From: Escherichia phage EP335 | Sequence record: MG748548 | Reading direction: 5' to 3' (one strand) | Length of the DNA stretch: 64,000 bases | In this document: positions 9,230 to 19,728 of the stretch, piece after piece | Numbering within the stretch: position 1 is the first letter of the stretch | How the letters are laid out: each line of letters opens with the position of its first letter | The notes under the pieces: model-generated | What the model was told of the DNA's origin: nothing | Database searches by the model: none | What the model saw: only the letters and a program-made list of their open reading frames with translations | Position numbers and translations under genes: made by a program

Positions 9230-9976
9230 ATGGCGATGCCAGACGTTCAGTACCCAATTAATACCTACGGATGGCTTAAGAAGGCTGTGTCCCTCTGGGC
9301 TGACCGTGATGACCCTGAATTTGTTAATCAGATTCCGAACTTTATTAACTTTGCAGAAAAGGAAATCTATCGTAATTTACGTATTCCTCCTCTGGAAAAA
9401 GAAGTCTATTTAGATATTAAAGATGGTGTGGCTTTTATCCCACCAGATTACTTAGAAGCTCAGTGGATGATGAGATCTAAAGATGGTTTAATCTTCCGTG
9501 TAACCTCTCTTGAAGAAGTTGATTGGCTTAAGCGTAATAACTCAGTCAACCCCACTAATTGGAATCAAGGAGAAGTTGTCTTTGCTCGTTTGGGTAGTCG
9601 GTTTATCTTCTATCCTGCAATTGAAGCAGATACTCCAGTTTACCCTGATGATGGCAGCCCTGAGATTCCAGCAGAGAATGCGGTCATTCTTAGCTATTAT
9701 GCTGACCCACCAGAGTTCTGGGAAGATTCAGACACAAGCGCTATTCTTACTATAGCCCCAGAGCTTCTACTGTATTTTGCTTTACGTCATGCTTCCTTGT
9801 TTGTTCAGGATGACAATGCAGTTCAGAAGTGGTCTGCTTTAGGTAAAGCCATTCTTGATGAAGTTGTTGAGCAGAGTAAGAAAGCAGAATACTCAGGTTC
9901 ACCTTTAGTTATTCCTAACACGATTAGCCGTCTACATAGCTCTCGTGAAGTATATGGGATTCGTCGTTTTAGATAA
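9230..9976 (+). CDS. virion structural protein (putative head-tail/tail component)
   Basis: ORF track 248 aa; ggagg RBS; position between capsid and tail fibre genes. Confidence 0.45.
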   Translation: MAMPDVQYPINTYGWLKKAVSLWADRDDPEFVNQIPNFINFAEKEIYRNLRIPPLEKEVYLDIKDGVAFIPPDYLEAQWMMRSKDGLIFRVTSLEEVDWLKRNNSVNPTNWNQGEVVFARLGSRFIFYPAIEADTPVYPDDGSPEIPAENAVILSYYADPPEFWEDSDTSAILTIAPELLLYFALRHASLFVQDDNAVQKWSALGKAILDEVVEQSKKAEYSGSPLVIPNTISRLHSSREVYGIRRFR

Positions 9977-9985
9977 GGAGAGAAT

Positions 9986-12766
9986 ATGATCGTTTATAAT
10001 AACCAAGCACCTTCGGCTGTTAACAACGTTGGTCAGTTTGGTGCAACAGAAGGCTCTATCGGAGCCTATAAACAAGCTGCTGAATACGCAGCTGACTCTA
10101 AGTATTGGGCACTTTTAGCTGAGTCTAAATTTGGTACAGTTGATGACTTGATTGCTCAGGTTGAAATTCTGTACAAACAAGGTGTTCTATTAAAAGAAGA
10201 TATTGAAGACTTAAAACAAGACTTCATTGCACAAGATGCTCGTTTGATGAATCTCATTGCTCAAACTAACGCAGCCGTAGCTGATGCAAATAATGCAGTT
10301 GCTCTGATTAATCAGAAGCTTGTAGAAGTTCAACGCCAGCTGGATATTCTGTTGGGCATGACAGTCACCGTTACAACCCTCCCCCCAGGTTCTGAGGCCA
10401 CTGGTTCATTTAACAGCCAGACCGGTGAAATCAAACTTGGTATTCCTGAAGGTGAGAAAGGTGCAGATGGTTCTGTTACTGACCTATCTACTGCCCCTAC
10501 CGGTACACCAGAGCTGGGGGATATTGGTTTCTATGTAGACAAAGATGATAACACTGTTCATAAAACCTCTCTTGAAGCTATTGCAAACCTGATCCCATCT
10601 GTTCGCTCTGTTTCTATTAACGGCGGCCCTGCGCTTGATGGTGAAGTTGCTCTTACAATCAACAAAGAGACAGTAGGTCTTGGGAACGTTTTGAACGTGG
10701 CTCAATATAGTCGCCAAGAGATTAACGATAAGTTTGATAAAACAACTAAAACATACCAATCGAAAGCTGAAGCTGATGCAGATGCTCAATTTCGACAAGT
10801 GGGAGAGAAGGTTTTGGTGTGGGATTCAACTAAATATGAATTTTATACTGTTGCAGCTAATAAGACACTCACTCCAGTTAAAACGGAAGGCCGTATCCTG
10901 ACTGTTAACTCTCGTGCTCCTGATTCAACAGGTAATATTGATATCACAATTCCAACAGGAAACCCATCTTTGTATTTAGGTGAGATGGTGATGTTCCCTT
11001 ATGACCCAGCTAAAACTGTTTCATATCCGGGAGTTCTTCCTGCGGACGGTCGTCTTGTTCCGAAAGCAAACGCAGCAGACCTTGGACCCTCTTTAGTCAG
11101 TGGTCAATTGCCTGTAGTTTCTGAAACAGAGTGGCAAGCTGGTGCTCGTCAATATTTCTCTTGGGGTAAACTTGCTGATGGTATTAATGATGCAGATTCA
11201 ACCAACTTCATCAACATCCGTCTTCCTGATTGGACAGGTGGTGAGGCTATTCGCTCCCCTGACTCTGATAAAGATACTAACTACAAAGGTCGTGTTTTGT
11301 CTCAGGTTCCTTATATTGTTACGGTTAACGGTAAAGCTCCTGATGACACTAATGGGAATGTAGTTCTAACAGCAGCTAATGTTGGGGCAGCGTCTTCAGG
11401 TGCTAACTCTGATATCACGTCTCTCAATGGACTGACTACTCCTCTCTCTGTTGCCCAAGGCGGTACAGGTGTTACTGACATAGGATCTTTGCGTAGAGCG
11501 GCGTTGGTTCAGGGGGTTCTGTGTAATGATCAGGCTGGCCCTCAATCTTATAACAGCTATAGATCTCCTAACGGGGAGTATGCTTTCAAAGTGGATAACT
11601 CGGGGCTTGTTGCTTCTATTAATGCAGGGACGGAAGAAGTTGTACCTTTTGCTATAGAATCAGGTGGTACGGGAGCAACCACATTAAATGATGCTCGAAT
11701 TAGTTTAAATTTGGAGAGATTTTTACAGCCTAGCAATGAAACCATAGTTATGGCTCCTAGTAAATCTTCATATTTAACAATTTCAGACACCTCTTGGGGG
11801 GCTTATAGTTCTTCTGACTCATCATGGAGAGCTTTAGGGATAGGACAAGGTGGTACAGGAGCGACCTCTGAGGCTGCTGCTCGTGTCAATCTGAAGGTGG
11901 ATAAGCTTGTTCAAAGTTCAACAGACACAAAACTTCTGGATGGTTCAGGAGAACACACCTTCTTTATTACAGATGCAGATTGGGGGTATTTCAATAACTC
12001 CGATTCTTCTCGAATAGCTTTGCCGGTAATAAGTGGTGGTACAGGAGGGAAGACTCCAGCCGAAGGTTCTGAAAAACTAGGAGCTATGCACTATCAGTAT
12101 GGTCAATCGACTTTTTATGGTAGCGAAGATTTGCCAACAGGTATTGGCTTCTACAGTCAAGACGTTTCCCCGTTCCCCGGGGGTAATGGAGCACCCTACT
12201 CCTATGCAGAGATTATGACCATCTCTGAAGGAGGTCGTGGTGGGAATTGGTCTCAGATTGGTTTCTCTACCATCACCAAGCAAGCTCCTCGGTATCGTCA
12301 AAGAACTAATGACCCAGCTTTGATCACTAACTGGAGAGACTTCTTGGTCAGAGACTTAAACACAACTGTGGATGTTAACGGTTTTGTTAAAATAGCATCC
12401 CCTATTGTCAAGCTTAAACCAGACGGCTCCTCTGAAGTTAATGATCAAGCACAAGGCGTAATCACAGAAAGATTAGATGTTGGTGTTTATAAGATCTCTG
12501 GAGTTCTAGGTTTTAACTCCGACCCTTCTTGGGGTGGTAATGGGGGTGGATTCTCTATTCCTCAAAACTCTAATGGACTTCCTTTACTGTGGGTGGATTA
12601 TGAAGTGGATGAGATTGGTGATATAACCCTTAAGACTTACCACAGAGTTCACAGTGGGGTTCCTTCTTTTGCTAGTAATGAAAAAGAAGGGGTTGTTGAT
12701 GGAGAACCTGTTGACATTCCAGAGGGCCGTTGGGTAGATCTTCGTGTAGAGATGCCAACCGAGTAA
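9986..12766 (+). CDS. tail fibre protein with phage tail-fibre repeats
   Basis: 926 aa; repeated GGTG(A/V)T...AR.NL motifs (QGGTGVTD, SGGTGATTLNDARISLNL, QGGTGATSEAAARVNLK, SGGTGGKT); N-terminal coiled coil. Confidence 0.6.
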   Translation: MIVYNNQAPSAVNNVGQFGATEGSIGAYKQAAEYAADSKYWALLAESKFGTVDDLIAQVEILYKQGVLLKEDIEDLKQDFIAQDARLMNLIAQTNAAVADANNAVALINQKLVEVQRQLDILLGMTVTVTTLPPGSEATGSFNSQTGEIKLGIPEGEKGADGSVTDLSTAPTGTPELGDIGFYVDKDDNTVHKTSLEAIANLIPSVRSVSINGGPALDGEVALTINKETVGLGNVLNVAQYSRQEINDKFDKTTKTYQSKAEADADAQFRQVGEKVLVWDSTKYEFYTVAANKTLTPVKTEGRILTVNSRAPDSTGNIDITIPTGNPSLYLGEMVMFPYDPAKTVSYPGVLPADGRLVPKANAADLGPSLVSGQLPVVSETEWQAGARQYFSWGKLADGINDADSTNFINIRLPDWTGGEAIRSPDSDKDTNYKGRVLSQVPYIVTVNGKAPDDTNGNVVLTAANVGAASSGANSDITSLNGLTTPLSVAQGGTGVTDIGSLRRAALVQGVLCNDQAGPQSYNSYRSPNGEYAFKVDNSGLVASINAGTEEVVPFAIESGGTGATTLNDARISLNLERFLQPSNETIVMAPSKSSYLTISDTSWGAYSSSDSSWRALGIGQGGTGATSEAAARVNLKVDKLVQSSTDTKLLDGSGEHTFFITDADWGYFNNSDSSRIALPVISGGTGGKTPAEGSEKLGAMHYQYGQSTFYGSEDLPTGIGFYSQDVSPFPGGNGAPYSYAEIMTISEGGRGGNWSQIGFSTITKQAPRYRQRTNDPALITNWRDFLVRDLNTTVDVNGFVKIASPIVKLKPDGSSEVNDQAQGVITERLDVGVYKISGVLGFNSDPSWGGNGGGFSIPQNSNGLPLLWVDYEVDEIGDITLKTYHRVHSGVPSFASNEKEGVVDGEPVDIPEGRWVDLRVEMPTE

Positions 12767-12806
12767 ATAATATATGCTCCCTTCGGGGAGCTTTAAGGAG
12801 ATTTTA

Positions 12807-14996
12807 ATGTCTAGAGAATTAATGCCCAAATCTGGCATAATGATGCCTCATGTTGTTATTAACCGAGATGCTGCGGTGGTGGGTGTCTCAACTGTTGATG
12901 GTGTTGCTGGTGCGGTTAATCTGACTGATAAATATTTACAGAAAACAGATGCAGCTTCTACTTATTTAACTAGAGCCGAAGGTGCTACTAAAACTTTTGT
13001 AACAGATGCAATTGGACCTATCATGTCTGGTGCACTGTTTAAAGATGACCCTGTTGTTGCAAATGATGTAGCTTTCCGTTCAGGTGGAGCTAATGGTGTA
13101 GAATCTGTGGATATGATTAAAGTCACTCCAGAGAATACTATCAAACTTGGTAGTTATGCATCTTCTGTTCAGGGAGTAGAGATTCACTCAGCTGGTCGTC
13201 TTCAGGTTGTTGATCAGAATGACAGTGGTGTAGAAACTAAATACCCTGTTTATTCTAAACGGTATCGTCCTGAGATTGAAGATTTACCTTTTGCTGCAAT
13301 TGGGTCTTATGTTAAGGATTCTAAAGGTCGTACTATTGGTGTTACTCGTACTGGTATCAACTCTGATATCAAACAGCTTACACAGAAAGTCACATTTACT
13401 CAGCCTGTAACTGTAGCAGATGGTGTTGGGGACTACGATGCTGTAACAATGAGGCAGCTGCGTAATAGTGGTGGTGGCTCTGGTGGTCCTACCATGAGTG
13501 GTATTTCTAACTTTGGTATTGGTGATTTTCACCTACGTGACAGTCGTGCTTTCATCCCCGCTTTTGAGGTAGTCTCTGACGGGCAGCTTTTGAATCGCGC
13601 TGACTACCCTGATTTATGGGCTTATGCTCAACTCTTAACTCCAATCAGTGACGCTGCTTGGTTGGCGGATGCACAGCAGAGAGGTAAATACTCTACTGGT
13701 GATGGTACAACCACTTTCAGGGTTCCGGATAGAAACGGCGTACAAGCAGGATCTCTTAAAGAACTGTTTGCCCGTGGTGACGGTGGTAATTCTTCTAATA
13801 ACGGTATGATGTATGATGCAGCTCTTCCTAATATCGTGGGCTATACCGCACATACTCTGCTAACAGCGTCTAGCTCTCAAGGACAGGTGGCAACTGATGG
13901 AGCTTTCACTTCAACCACATCAACCCAAGGTGTATGGCCTGTTAGTGGGGGGGGTGGTCTTTATACTAACATTCGTTTTGATGCTAATCAATCTGATCCT
14001 ACCTATGGTAGATATGGAATTACATCAAACGTAATACCTCGTAACTTTATAGGTGTTTGGACTATTCGTGCGCATGGTGGTTTTACTGCTGCTAATACTT
14101 CTTGGTCTGTTATTGATAGTGACTCGACAGAGCCTGCATCCGGAACAGTTGTTAGGGGCGGTAGTGTCAAATCTGAATACAAGATTGGTACAAGCCCAAA
14201 ATATCAAGCATATCTTCAGGCATATGGGAAAATTGGTGGGTTAGCAATTGACCGAGGTGCAGTTCTATCAAACGGGGTACAGGAGTGGTTCTTTAATCAA
14301 GATGGGACTTTGTATTTCCCAGACGCAGAGACGCAAATTGGTACATTAAGGTCTGATGGCGCGTTACATATTAGCGCATACGTCAGGCCAAAGGATGTCG
14401 TTGTAAATCCATTAAACTCTGTTGGGGTTGCAGCTTCAGAAAGAAACGCCGTCAGAATGATCAACTACGCAAATGTACCAGAAGGGGGTTATATTAACTC
14501 AGTTGGTGGCGACTGGTATGATGGGAATTGGATGCTCGGCGGAGTCAGAAGTGGCACAACAGCATTGGACCGTGCGCAACTTAACATTTTGAATGGCATT
14601 GGCAGCAGCGCCTCGTATATATTTGGCTCTGATGGTATAGCAAGATGTCAAGAATGGAGAAGTACATCTGATGAACGGATTAAAAGCAATATTGAGCGTA
14701 TCAGTGATCCACTCTCCAAGATGAAAAACATCAAGGGGGTTACGTGGGTTCTGGAAACCAACGGCTCGGTAGGGTACGGATTCATCGCACAGGACGTAGA
14801 GAAGGATTTTCCTGAAGCTGTATCAGAAATAAAGGCTTCACCAGTCACTCTGCGAGACGGGTCTGTGTTGGACAATGTAAAGTCAGTTAACACCTCGGGA
14901 GTTGCTGCTGCGTTGCACCATGAAGCTATTCTTGAACTTATGAAGCAGGTTGAAGATCTTAAGAAAGAGGTGTCAGAGCTTAAGTCTAGTAAGTAA
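12807..14996 (+). CDS. tail fibre/tailspike with C-terminal intramolecular chaperone (peptidase S74-like) domain
   Basis: internal ATG 12807 with aaggag RBS; C-terminus SDERIKSNIE...GYGFIAQDVEK plus terminal coiled coil matches autoproteolytic chaperone domains of endosialidase/L-shaped fibres. Confidence 0.7.
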   Translation: MSRELMPKSGIMMPHVVINRDAAVVGVSTVDGVAGAVNLTDKYLQKTDAASTYLTRAEGATKTFVTDAIGPIMSGALFKDDPVVANDVAFRSGGANGVESVDMIKVTPENTIKLGSYASSVQGVEIHSAGRLQVVDQNDSGVETKYPVYSKRYRPEIEDLPFAAIGSYVKDSKGRTIGVTRTGINSDIKQLTQKVTFTQPVTVADGVGDYDAVTMRQLRNSGGGSGGPTMSGISNFGIGDFHLRDSRAFIPAFEVVSDGQLLNRADYPDLWAYAQLLTPISDAAWLADAQQRGKYSTGDGTTTFRVPDRNGVQAGSLKELFARGDGGNSSNNGMMYDAALPNIVGYTAHTLLTASSSQGQVATDGAFTSTTSTQGVWPVSGGGGLYTNIRFDANQSDPTYGRYGITSNVIPRNFIGVWTIRAHGGFTAANTSWSVIDSDSTEPASGTVVRGGSVKSEYKIGTSPKYQAYLQAYGKIGGLAIDRGAVLSNGVQEWFFNQDGTLYFPDAETQIGTLRSDGALHISAYVRPKDVVVNPLNSVGVAASERNAVRMINYANVPEGGYINSVGGDWYDGNWMLGGVRSGTTALDRAQLNILNGIGSSASYIFGSDGIARCQEWRSTSDERIKSNIERISDPLSKMKNIKGVTWVLETNGSVGYGFIAQDVEKDFPEAVSEIKASPVTLRDGSVLDNVKSVNTSGVAAALHHEAILELMKQVEDLKKEVSELKSSK

Positions 14997-15090
14997 TCTA
15001 GTAGCCCCTTCGGGGGCTTTAGTAGTAAGTATGTTCAAGAAGTAATGAAACTACTATATCACAAAAGGAATACACATAGGAGATACGAAG

Positions 15091-15309
15091 ATGAAAATGA
15101 TGAAACAAATCAGTTATGGGTTAGCTTGTGTTGCTACCGGTTTTGCTGTGTCAGTGGCTGTTCCTGTTAACGCAGTGCATCCTCTGGTAACACACCCTGC
15201 ACCAATTGAGAAGTTAAGTGCATCTTGTAAGCAGCGTACAATTCAGAATAATCTTGTGGTTATTTGTCCAGACTCTGATTCTAGTGCTCTGAGAAACATG
15301 CTTCAGTAA
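15091..15309 (+). CDS. small secreted or membrane-anchored protein (possible lysis accessory/holin-like)
   Basis: 72 aa; N-terminal hydrophobic segment ISYGLACVATGFAVSVAVPVNA with AxA-like cleavage site; immediately upstream of lysozyme; ggag RBS. Confidence 0.45.
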   Translation: MKMMKQISYGLACVATGFAVSVAVPVNAVHPLVTHPAPIEKLSASCKQRTIQNNLVVICPDSDSSALRNMLQ

Positions 15310-15340
15310 TTTAGGGCTAACTGGGAAGGGAGGTGAAAAA

Positions 15341-15832
15341 ATGGATAATGTCGCATTGCCACCGATACAGCTGAGCTTAAGCCCAGACGGGATGGAATTC
15401 ATCATGAAGCATGAAGGTATGAGAACTCGTGCTTACCAAGATTCCGCAGGTATCTGGACGATATGTGTTGGGGCTACGCGCGATATGAATGGGTATCCAG
15501 TTAGACAGGGATTAACGTATTCTATAGAGGATTGTCTAGCTCTGCTAGATAGAGACACACAAGACTCTGTTCGTGCCACTCAGAAAAATATTAGGGTTCC
15601 TTTGTTAACCCACGAGTTTGATGCTCTCACCTCTTTCAACTTCAACGTTGGTGGTGGGGCTTTATCAACTTCTAAACTTAGGAAAGTTATTAACGGAGAT
15701 GTAAAGGGTGATGTTTATTCTGAGTTCCTCCGTTGGGATAAAATTACAGTTAAAGGTAAGAAGATTAGCAGTCCGGGATTGAAGAATCGTAGAACTGCTG
15801 AAGCTGACCTTTACACTGAAGGTAAATACTAA
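15341..15832 (+). CDS. lysozyme (glycoside hydrolase family 24, T4-lysozyme-like)
   Basis: catalytic motif HEG(x7)D(x5)WTI(C/G)VG in MKHEGMRTRAYQDSAGIWTICVG. Confidence 0.8.
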   Translation: MDNVALPPIQLSLSPDGMEFIMKHEGMRTRAYQDSAGIWTICVGATRDMNGYPVRQGLTYSIEDCLALLDRDTQDSVRATQKNIRVPLLTHEFDALTSFNFNVGGGALSTSKLRKVINGDVKGDVYSEFLRWDKITVKGKKISSPGLKNRRTAEADLYTEGKY

Positions 15833-15843
15833 AAGGAGTTGTC

Positions 15844-16647
15844 ATGGCAGTAGAAACTAATGCTAACACAATTAATGACCTCAACCCCCTGTACCCTCGT
15901 GACAGGGATTATCTTTACGAAGGGGCGGCTCAGATTCGCCTCGTTAAACAAGTATTGCAGAACACTTTTCCAAACGTAACAGAACCAGTTCAATTGGACT
16001 CAGACTCTCTCAATATTCTGGCTAGCAAAGTTACTTTTACTGGTGACTCTATGGATGTTGGTGGGTTGATGATCAAGAATGCAACTCCGGGTACAGGTGA
16101 TAGAGATGTTGTCACTAAAGGCCAGATGGAAGCTTTCATGCAGAACTGGATGGCTAACAAAGTATTCAGGATTGGTTCTTACTATATCACTGAAGAAGAT
16201 ATTAACCCCGGTGATAGTTCTTCTCTTGGTTTTGGCTCTTGGGCTAAAGTGACTGGTGTTATTATGGGTTCTGGTGTAGTAAACCCTGACGGTTCTGTTC
16301 CTAATGCTCAGCGTGTTGAATTCCAAGCAGGTGGTACAGGTGGTCGTGTGTTTAACACTATCCGTGCTGATAACCTACCTCTTGTAACTATCAATGGCTC
16401 AAGCTTCTCTGTATCTAGTAACACTCACGGTCACAACATGGTGTTTGGTCGTGGTGACGCAAGTGGTCATAACAGCTCCCCTAACTGGTATAGTCCGGGT
16501 GGTGGTTATAGTCAGAGAACTGAAAATGATACACACTCTCACACAATCTCTGGTTCTGTATCTTTTGGTCGTGATGATGTTTCTCGTCAGCCAATTAATA
16601 CTTTACCACCTTTCCGATCTGCACACATCTGGAGACGTATTAGCTAA
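15844..16647 (+). CDS. tail-associated structural protein (putative)
   Basis: ORF track 267 aa; aaggag RBS; in tail gene block. Confidence 0.45.
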   Translation: MAVETNANTINDLNPLYPRDRDYLYEGAAQIRLVKQVLQNTFPNVTEPVQLDSDSLNILASKVTFTGDSMDVGGLMIKNATPGTGDRDVVTKGQMEAFMQNWMANKVFRIGSYYITEEDINPGDSSSLGFGSWAKVTGVIMGSGVVNPDGSVPNAQRVEFQAGGTGGRVFNTIRADNLPLVTINGSSFSVSSNTHGHNMVFGRGDASGHNSSPNWYSPGGGYSQRTENDTHSHTISGSVSFGRDDVSRQPINTLPPFRSAHIWRRIS

Positions 16648-16656
16648 GGAGGAATT

Positions 16657-19600
16657 ATGGCGTTATACCCTATAAAATCACTTGGGGCTGTCGGTGTTAT
16701 CGCTGATCAGGCACCAACTGATTTAGCACCTAACGCTTTCACCAACGCTATGAACGCTCGGTTTGTTGAGCAGAGAGTTTTTAAGACGGGGGGCAATGCC
16801 CCTCTTTCTTACGTGGAAGAAGACAAAGATCTGACTCCACTCTCTTTTGTCTCCATGCCTTTCGATTATTATAGCGCAGGAAATAGCTTCCTTGTAGTAG
16901 GTACAGATAAGAAGTTATATAAACTGACAGATGAAAGCTTAACTGATATCAGTCGTAAAGTTGCTACGGTAACTAAGAAAGCTTCTGCTATCATAAAGAT
17001 TTATCCAGTGGTCTCAAGGATTGTTCCTAAAGAGAGTACTATCACAATGAACTTTAACCAGACAAAAGAGTTAGAAGTTCAGGTTTTTCCAGAGGATGCT
17101 AATAATGCTAATCTGACTTGGGAAGTAAGTAACCCTTCTTATGCCAGTATTGCAGTAAATCCTACAGATTCTAAAAAAGCCACCCTCACTACATTATCTA
17201 CAGAAGGAACACTGTCCATTACTGTTTCCATTGAAGATGAATCTGTGACAGCTCAAATCTCCGTTAACATTGTTGATGGGGATACGGGTATCTTCTTGAG
17301 TCAAGACACAATCACAATTCGAAGAGGTGGTACAACAACTCTTACTGCTATCTCAGGTAAGACTCCTATCACTTGGATTAGTAGCAATGGTGGTGCTTTG
17401 TCTGTGACACCCAATGCCAATACACTAACTGCTGTTCTCAATGCCATGGGAGAAGGAACTTTTACTGTTACAGCTGATAATGGCTCTAAGTCTGCTACCT
17501 GTACAGTTAATGTGATACCTCAGATTGATTCTATTTCTCTGAGTCAGACAGATGTTCAGATGGATAGAGGGACTCAGTATGTTCTAACTGCAACAGTCAA
17601 CCCTGCTGATGCTCCTAATAAAGCAATCACTTGGACTTCTTCCAATCCTAATATTGCTACAGTATCAGGGACAAGCACAGAGGCTACAATTACTGGACTT
17701 CTGGCTGGGTTTACAGAGATTACAGCAGTAACAGAGGAAGGTAGTCGTTCAGCTGTTTGTACTGTTCGTGTCAACCTAGCAGGTAGAATGCTAAATACCA
17801 GAAGCCTAGCGATGGCTGCTAGTGCACCTCTAGTGGAAGAGTTCAAAGAGGAAGAAGAACCAGTTGTGCAGAATGAAGAAGTTGTTTACTTCATGTCTGA
17901 CTCTATGGGAATTGATACCTCTGGCATGGCTGAAGGCAATAACTTCTTTGACTACTCTAACGTATTTGATATGGAAGGTTTTGCTCGTGCTGCGGAGAAC
18001 TCAAGAGCTGCTCCTCTGACAAATGTGACACTAGATATTGTTGAAGCTTCTCTAGATGTAGGTGAAGAAATTGTCATAACTGCTACAGCAGCTCCAGAAG
18101 GGGATTACTCCTATCAGTGGGTTGTTGACAAGAGTGGTTATGTTTCTACTACCTCAACAACTGGAAGATCTTTGAAACTTACAGCTGTTCGTAAAGGCGA
18201 GATTAAAGTTACATGTACGGCGAGTCAGATGACTCAAAGAGACTACGATGCTTTTGATGATTACCCTTGGTATCATGCAGTAATCTCTAACTGTGCAGTA
18301 GCGACAACTCACTATGAAACTCCTCAGGTTAAAGAATTCGAATCTGAATACTTTACAGACCTTCCGGGCTGGGGTGAACAAACAATTGTTGATGGTGATG
18401 GGAACCCTTCTGTTCGTAAGTTTAACTGGAAGTGCGAAAGGGTTAGAGCTTTTAACAACAGATTGTTTGCTCTGAATATGAGGGAATCTAATGCCTCTGG
18501 TGTTACCACTCACTATCCTTTACGTCTTCGCTGGTCTAACTTTGCGAACGAGAACAAGGCTCCTACTTTGTGGGATGATTATGCTTACGATCGACTGACA
18601 ACTTCTGATCTTTCAGCGAACATTGTTGGGCAGACTGAAGCTCTTGAGAATGGTTATGCAGGGTATATTGATCTGGCTGACTCTAACGGTAGTTTGATTG
18701 ATGTTCTCCCTTTGAAAGATTACTTATTTGTTTACACCGAGTTTGAAACCTACATCGGTTCTCCTACTAACAACACATACCAGCCTCTGATGTTTAAGAA
18801 GCTGTTTAACGATTCAGGTATTCTTGCTCCTGAGTGTGTGGTTGAAGTAGAGGGTGGTCACTTTGTTGTAACACAGAACGATGTGATTCTTCATAACGGT
18901 GCATCTAAGAAATCTATTGCATCTAACCGTGTCAAGAACATGCTTATTAATGAAGTGTGTTTGGTAAACCCTCTAGCTACTAGAGTTCACTTGCACCAAG
19001 ATAAGAAAGAAGTTTGGGTCATGTATGTTGGGCCGGGAGAGCCGAAAGAAAGTTTTGCTTGTACGAAGGCTGCGGTCTGGAATTACGAGTTTGATACTTG
19101 GTCTTTCCGTACTATCCCGTATGCTCAATGTATTGGTCTTGTTGATCCTCCTGTTCTCGAAAGAGGTCCAGTGTGGACTGACTTCCAAACTATCACTTGG
19201 GACGACCCTGCTATTGATAAACTGGTGTGGAGAAAGGATGCAACTAACTTCCGTCAGAGAATTACTATCGTAGGCTCTTTCTTAAGGGGTTTCTATCAAG
19301 TAGATGTTGGTGCTTTGGATTATTTCTATGACAGAGCGAATGACAAAATAATAGAGCGCCCTCTGGAAATGAGGTTAGAGAGAACAGGGATTGATTTTGA
19401 TAACGTCACTAACGAATGGAATCAAAAACACATCAACCGGTTCAGACCTCAGACTACAGGTTCTGGTACGTATATCTTTGAAGCTGGAGGTAGTCAATTC
19501 TCTAACGAGTATGGTCACAACCACACAACTAAGAGTTATACGATTGGAGTTGATAGGCACGTAGCTGTGAGACTGAACCATCCATACCTATTCTATAATG

Positions 19601-19677
19601 TTATAGATAATGATGTTAACAGTAACGCAGCCATAAATGGGCTGACAATAGAGTTTAATGTTGGCGGTCGAAGATAA
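16657..19677 (+). CDS. large structural protein with Big_2 Ig-like domains
   Basis: 1006 aa; aaggagg RBS; repeated Big_2-like segments (ITWISSNGG, ITWTSSNPNIATVSG..ATITGLLAGFTEITAVT). Confidence 0.55.
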   Translation: MALYPIKSLGAVGVIADQAPTDLAPNAFTNAMNARFVEQRVFKTGGNAPLSYVEEDKDLTPLSFVSMPFDYYSAGNSFLVVGTDKKLYKLTDESLTDISRKVATVTKKASAIIKIYPVVSRIVPKESTITMNFNQTKELEVQVFPEDANNANLTWEVSNPSYASIAVNPTDSKKATLTTLSTEGTLSITVSIEDESVTAQISVNIVDGDTGIFLSQDTITIRRGGTTTLTAISGKTPITWISSNGGALSVTPNANTLTAVLNAMGEGTFTVTADNGSKSATCTVNVIPQIDSISLSQTDVQMDRGTQYVLTATVNPADAPNKAITWTSSNPNIATVSGTSTEATITGLLAGFTEITAVTEEGSRSAVCTVRVNLAGRMLNTRSLAMAASAPLVEEFKEEEEPVVQNEEVVYFMSDSMGIDTSGMAEGNNFFDYSNVFDMEGFARAAENSRAAPLTNVTLDIVEASLDVGEEIVITATAAPEGDYSYQWVVDKSGYVSTTSTTGRSLKLTAVRKGEIKVTCTASQMTQRDYDAFDDYPWYHAVISNCAVATTHYETPQVKEFESEYFTDLPGWGEQTIVDGDGNPSVRKFNWKCERVRAFNNRLFALNMRESNASGVTTHYPLRLRWSNFANENKAPTLWDDYAYDRLTTSDLSANIVGQTEALENGYAGYIDLADSNGSLIDVLPLKDYLFVYTEFETYIGSPTNNTYQPLMFKKLFNDSGILAPECVVEVEGGHFVVTQNDVILHNGASKKSIASNRVKNMLINEVCLVNPLATRVHLHQDKKEVWVMYVGPGEPKESFACTKAAVWNYEFDTWSFRTIPYAQCIGLVDPPVLERGPVWTDFQTITWDDPAIDKLVWRKDATNFRQRITIVGSFLRGFYQVDVGALDYFYDRANDKIIERPLEMRLERTGIDFDNVTNEWNQKHINRFRPQTTGSGTYIFEAGGSQFSNEYGHNHTTKSYTIGVDRHVAVRLNHPYLFYNVIDNDVNSNAAINGLTIEFNVGGRR

Positions 19678-19682
19678 CAACT

Positions 19683-19711
19683 AAGGGGCTTCGGCCCCTT
19701 TTCTTGTTTTT
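19683..19711 (+). terminator. rho-independent terminator (UUCG tetraloop hairpin)
   Basis: aaggggc-ttcg-gcccctt followed by ttcttgttttt. Confidence 0.55.
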
Positions 19712-19728
19712 AAACTTTGGAGGTACTT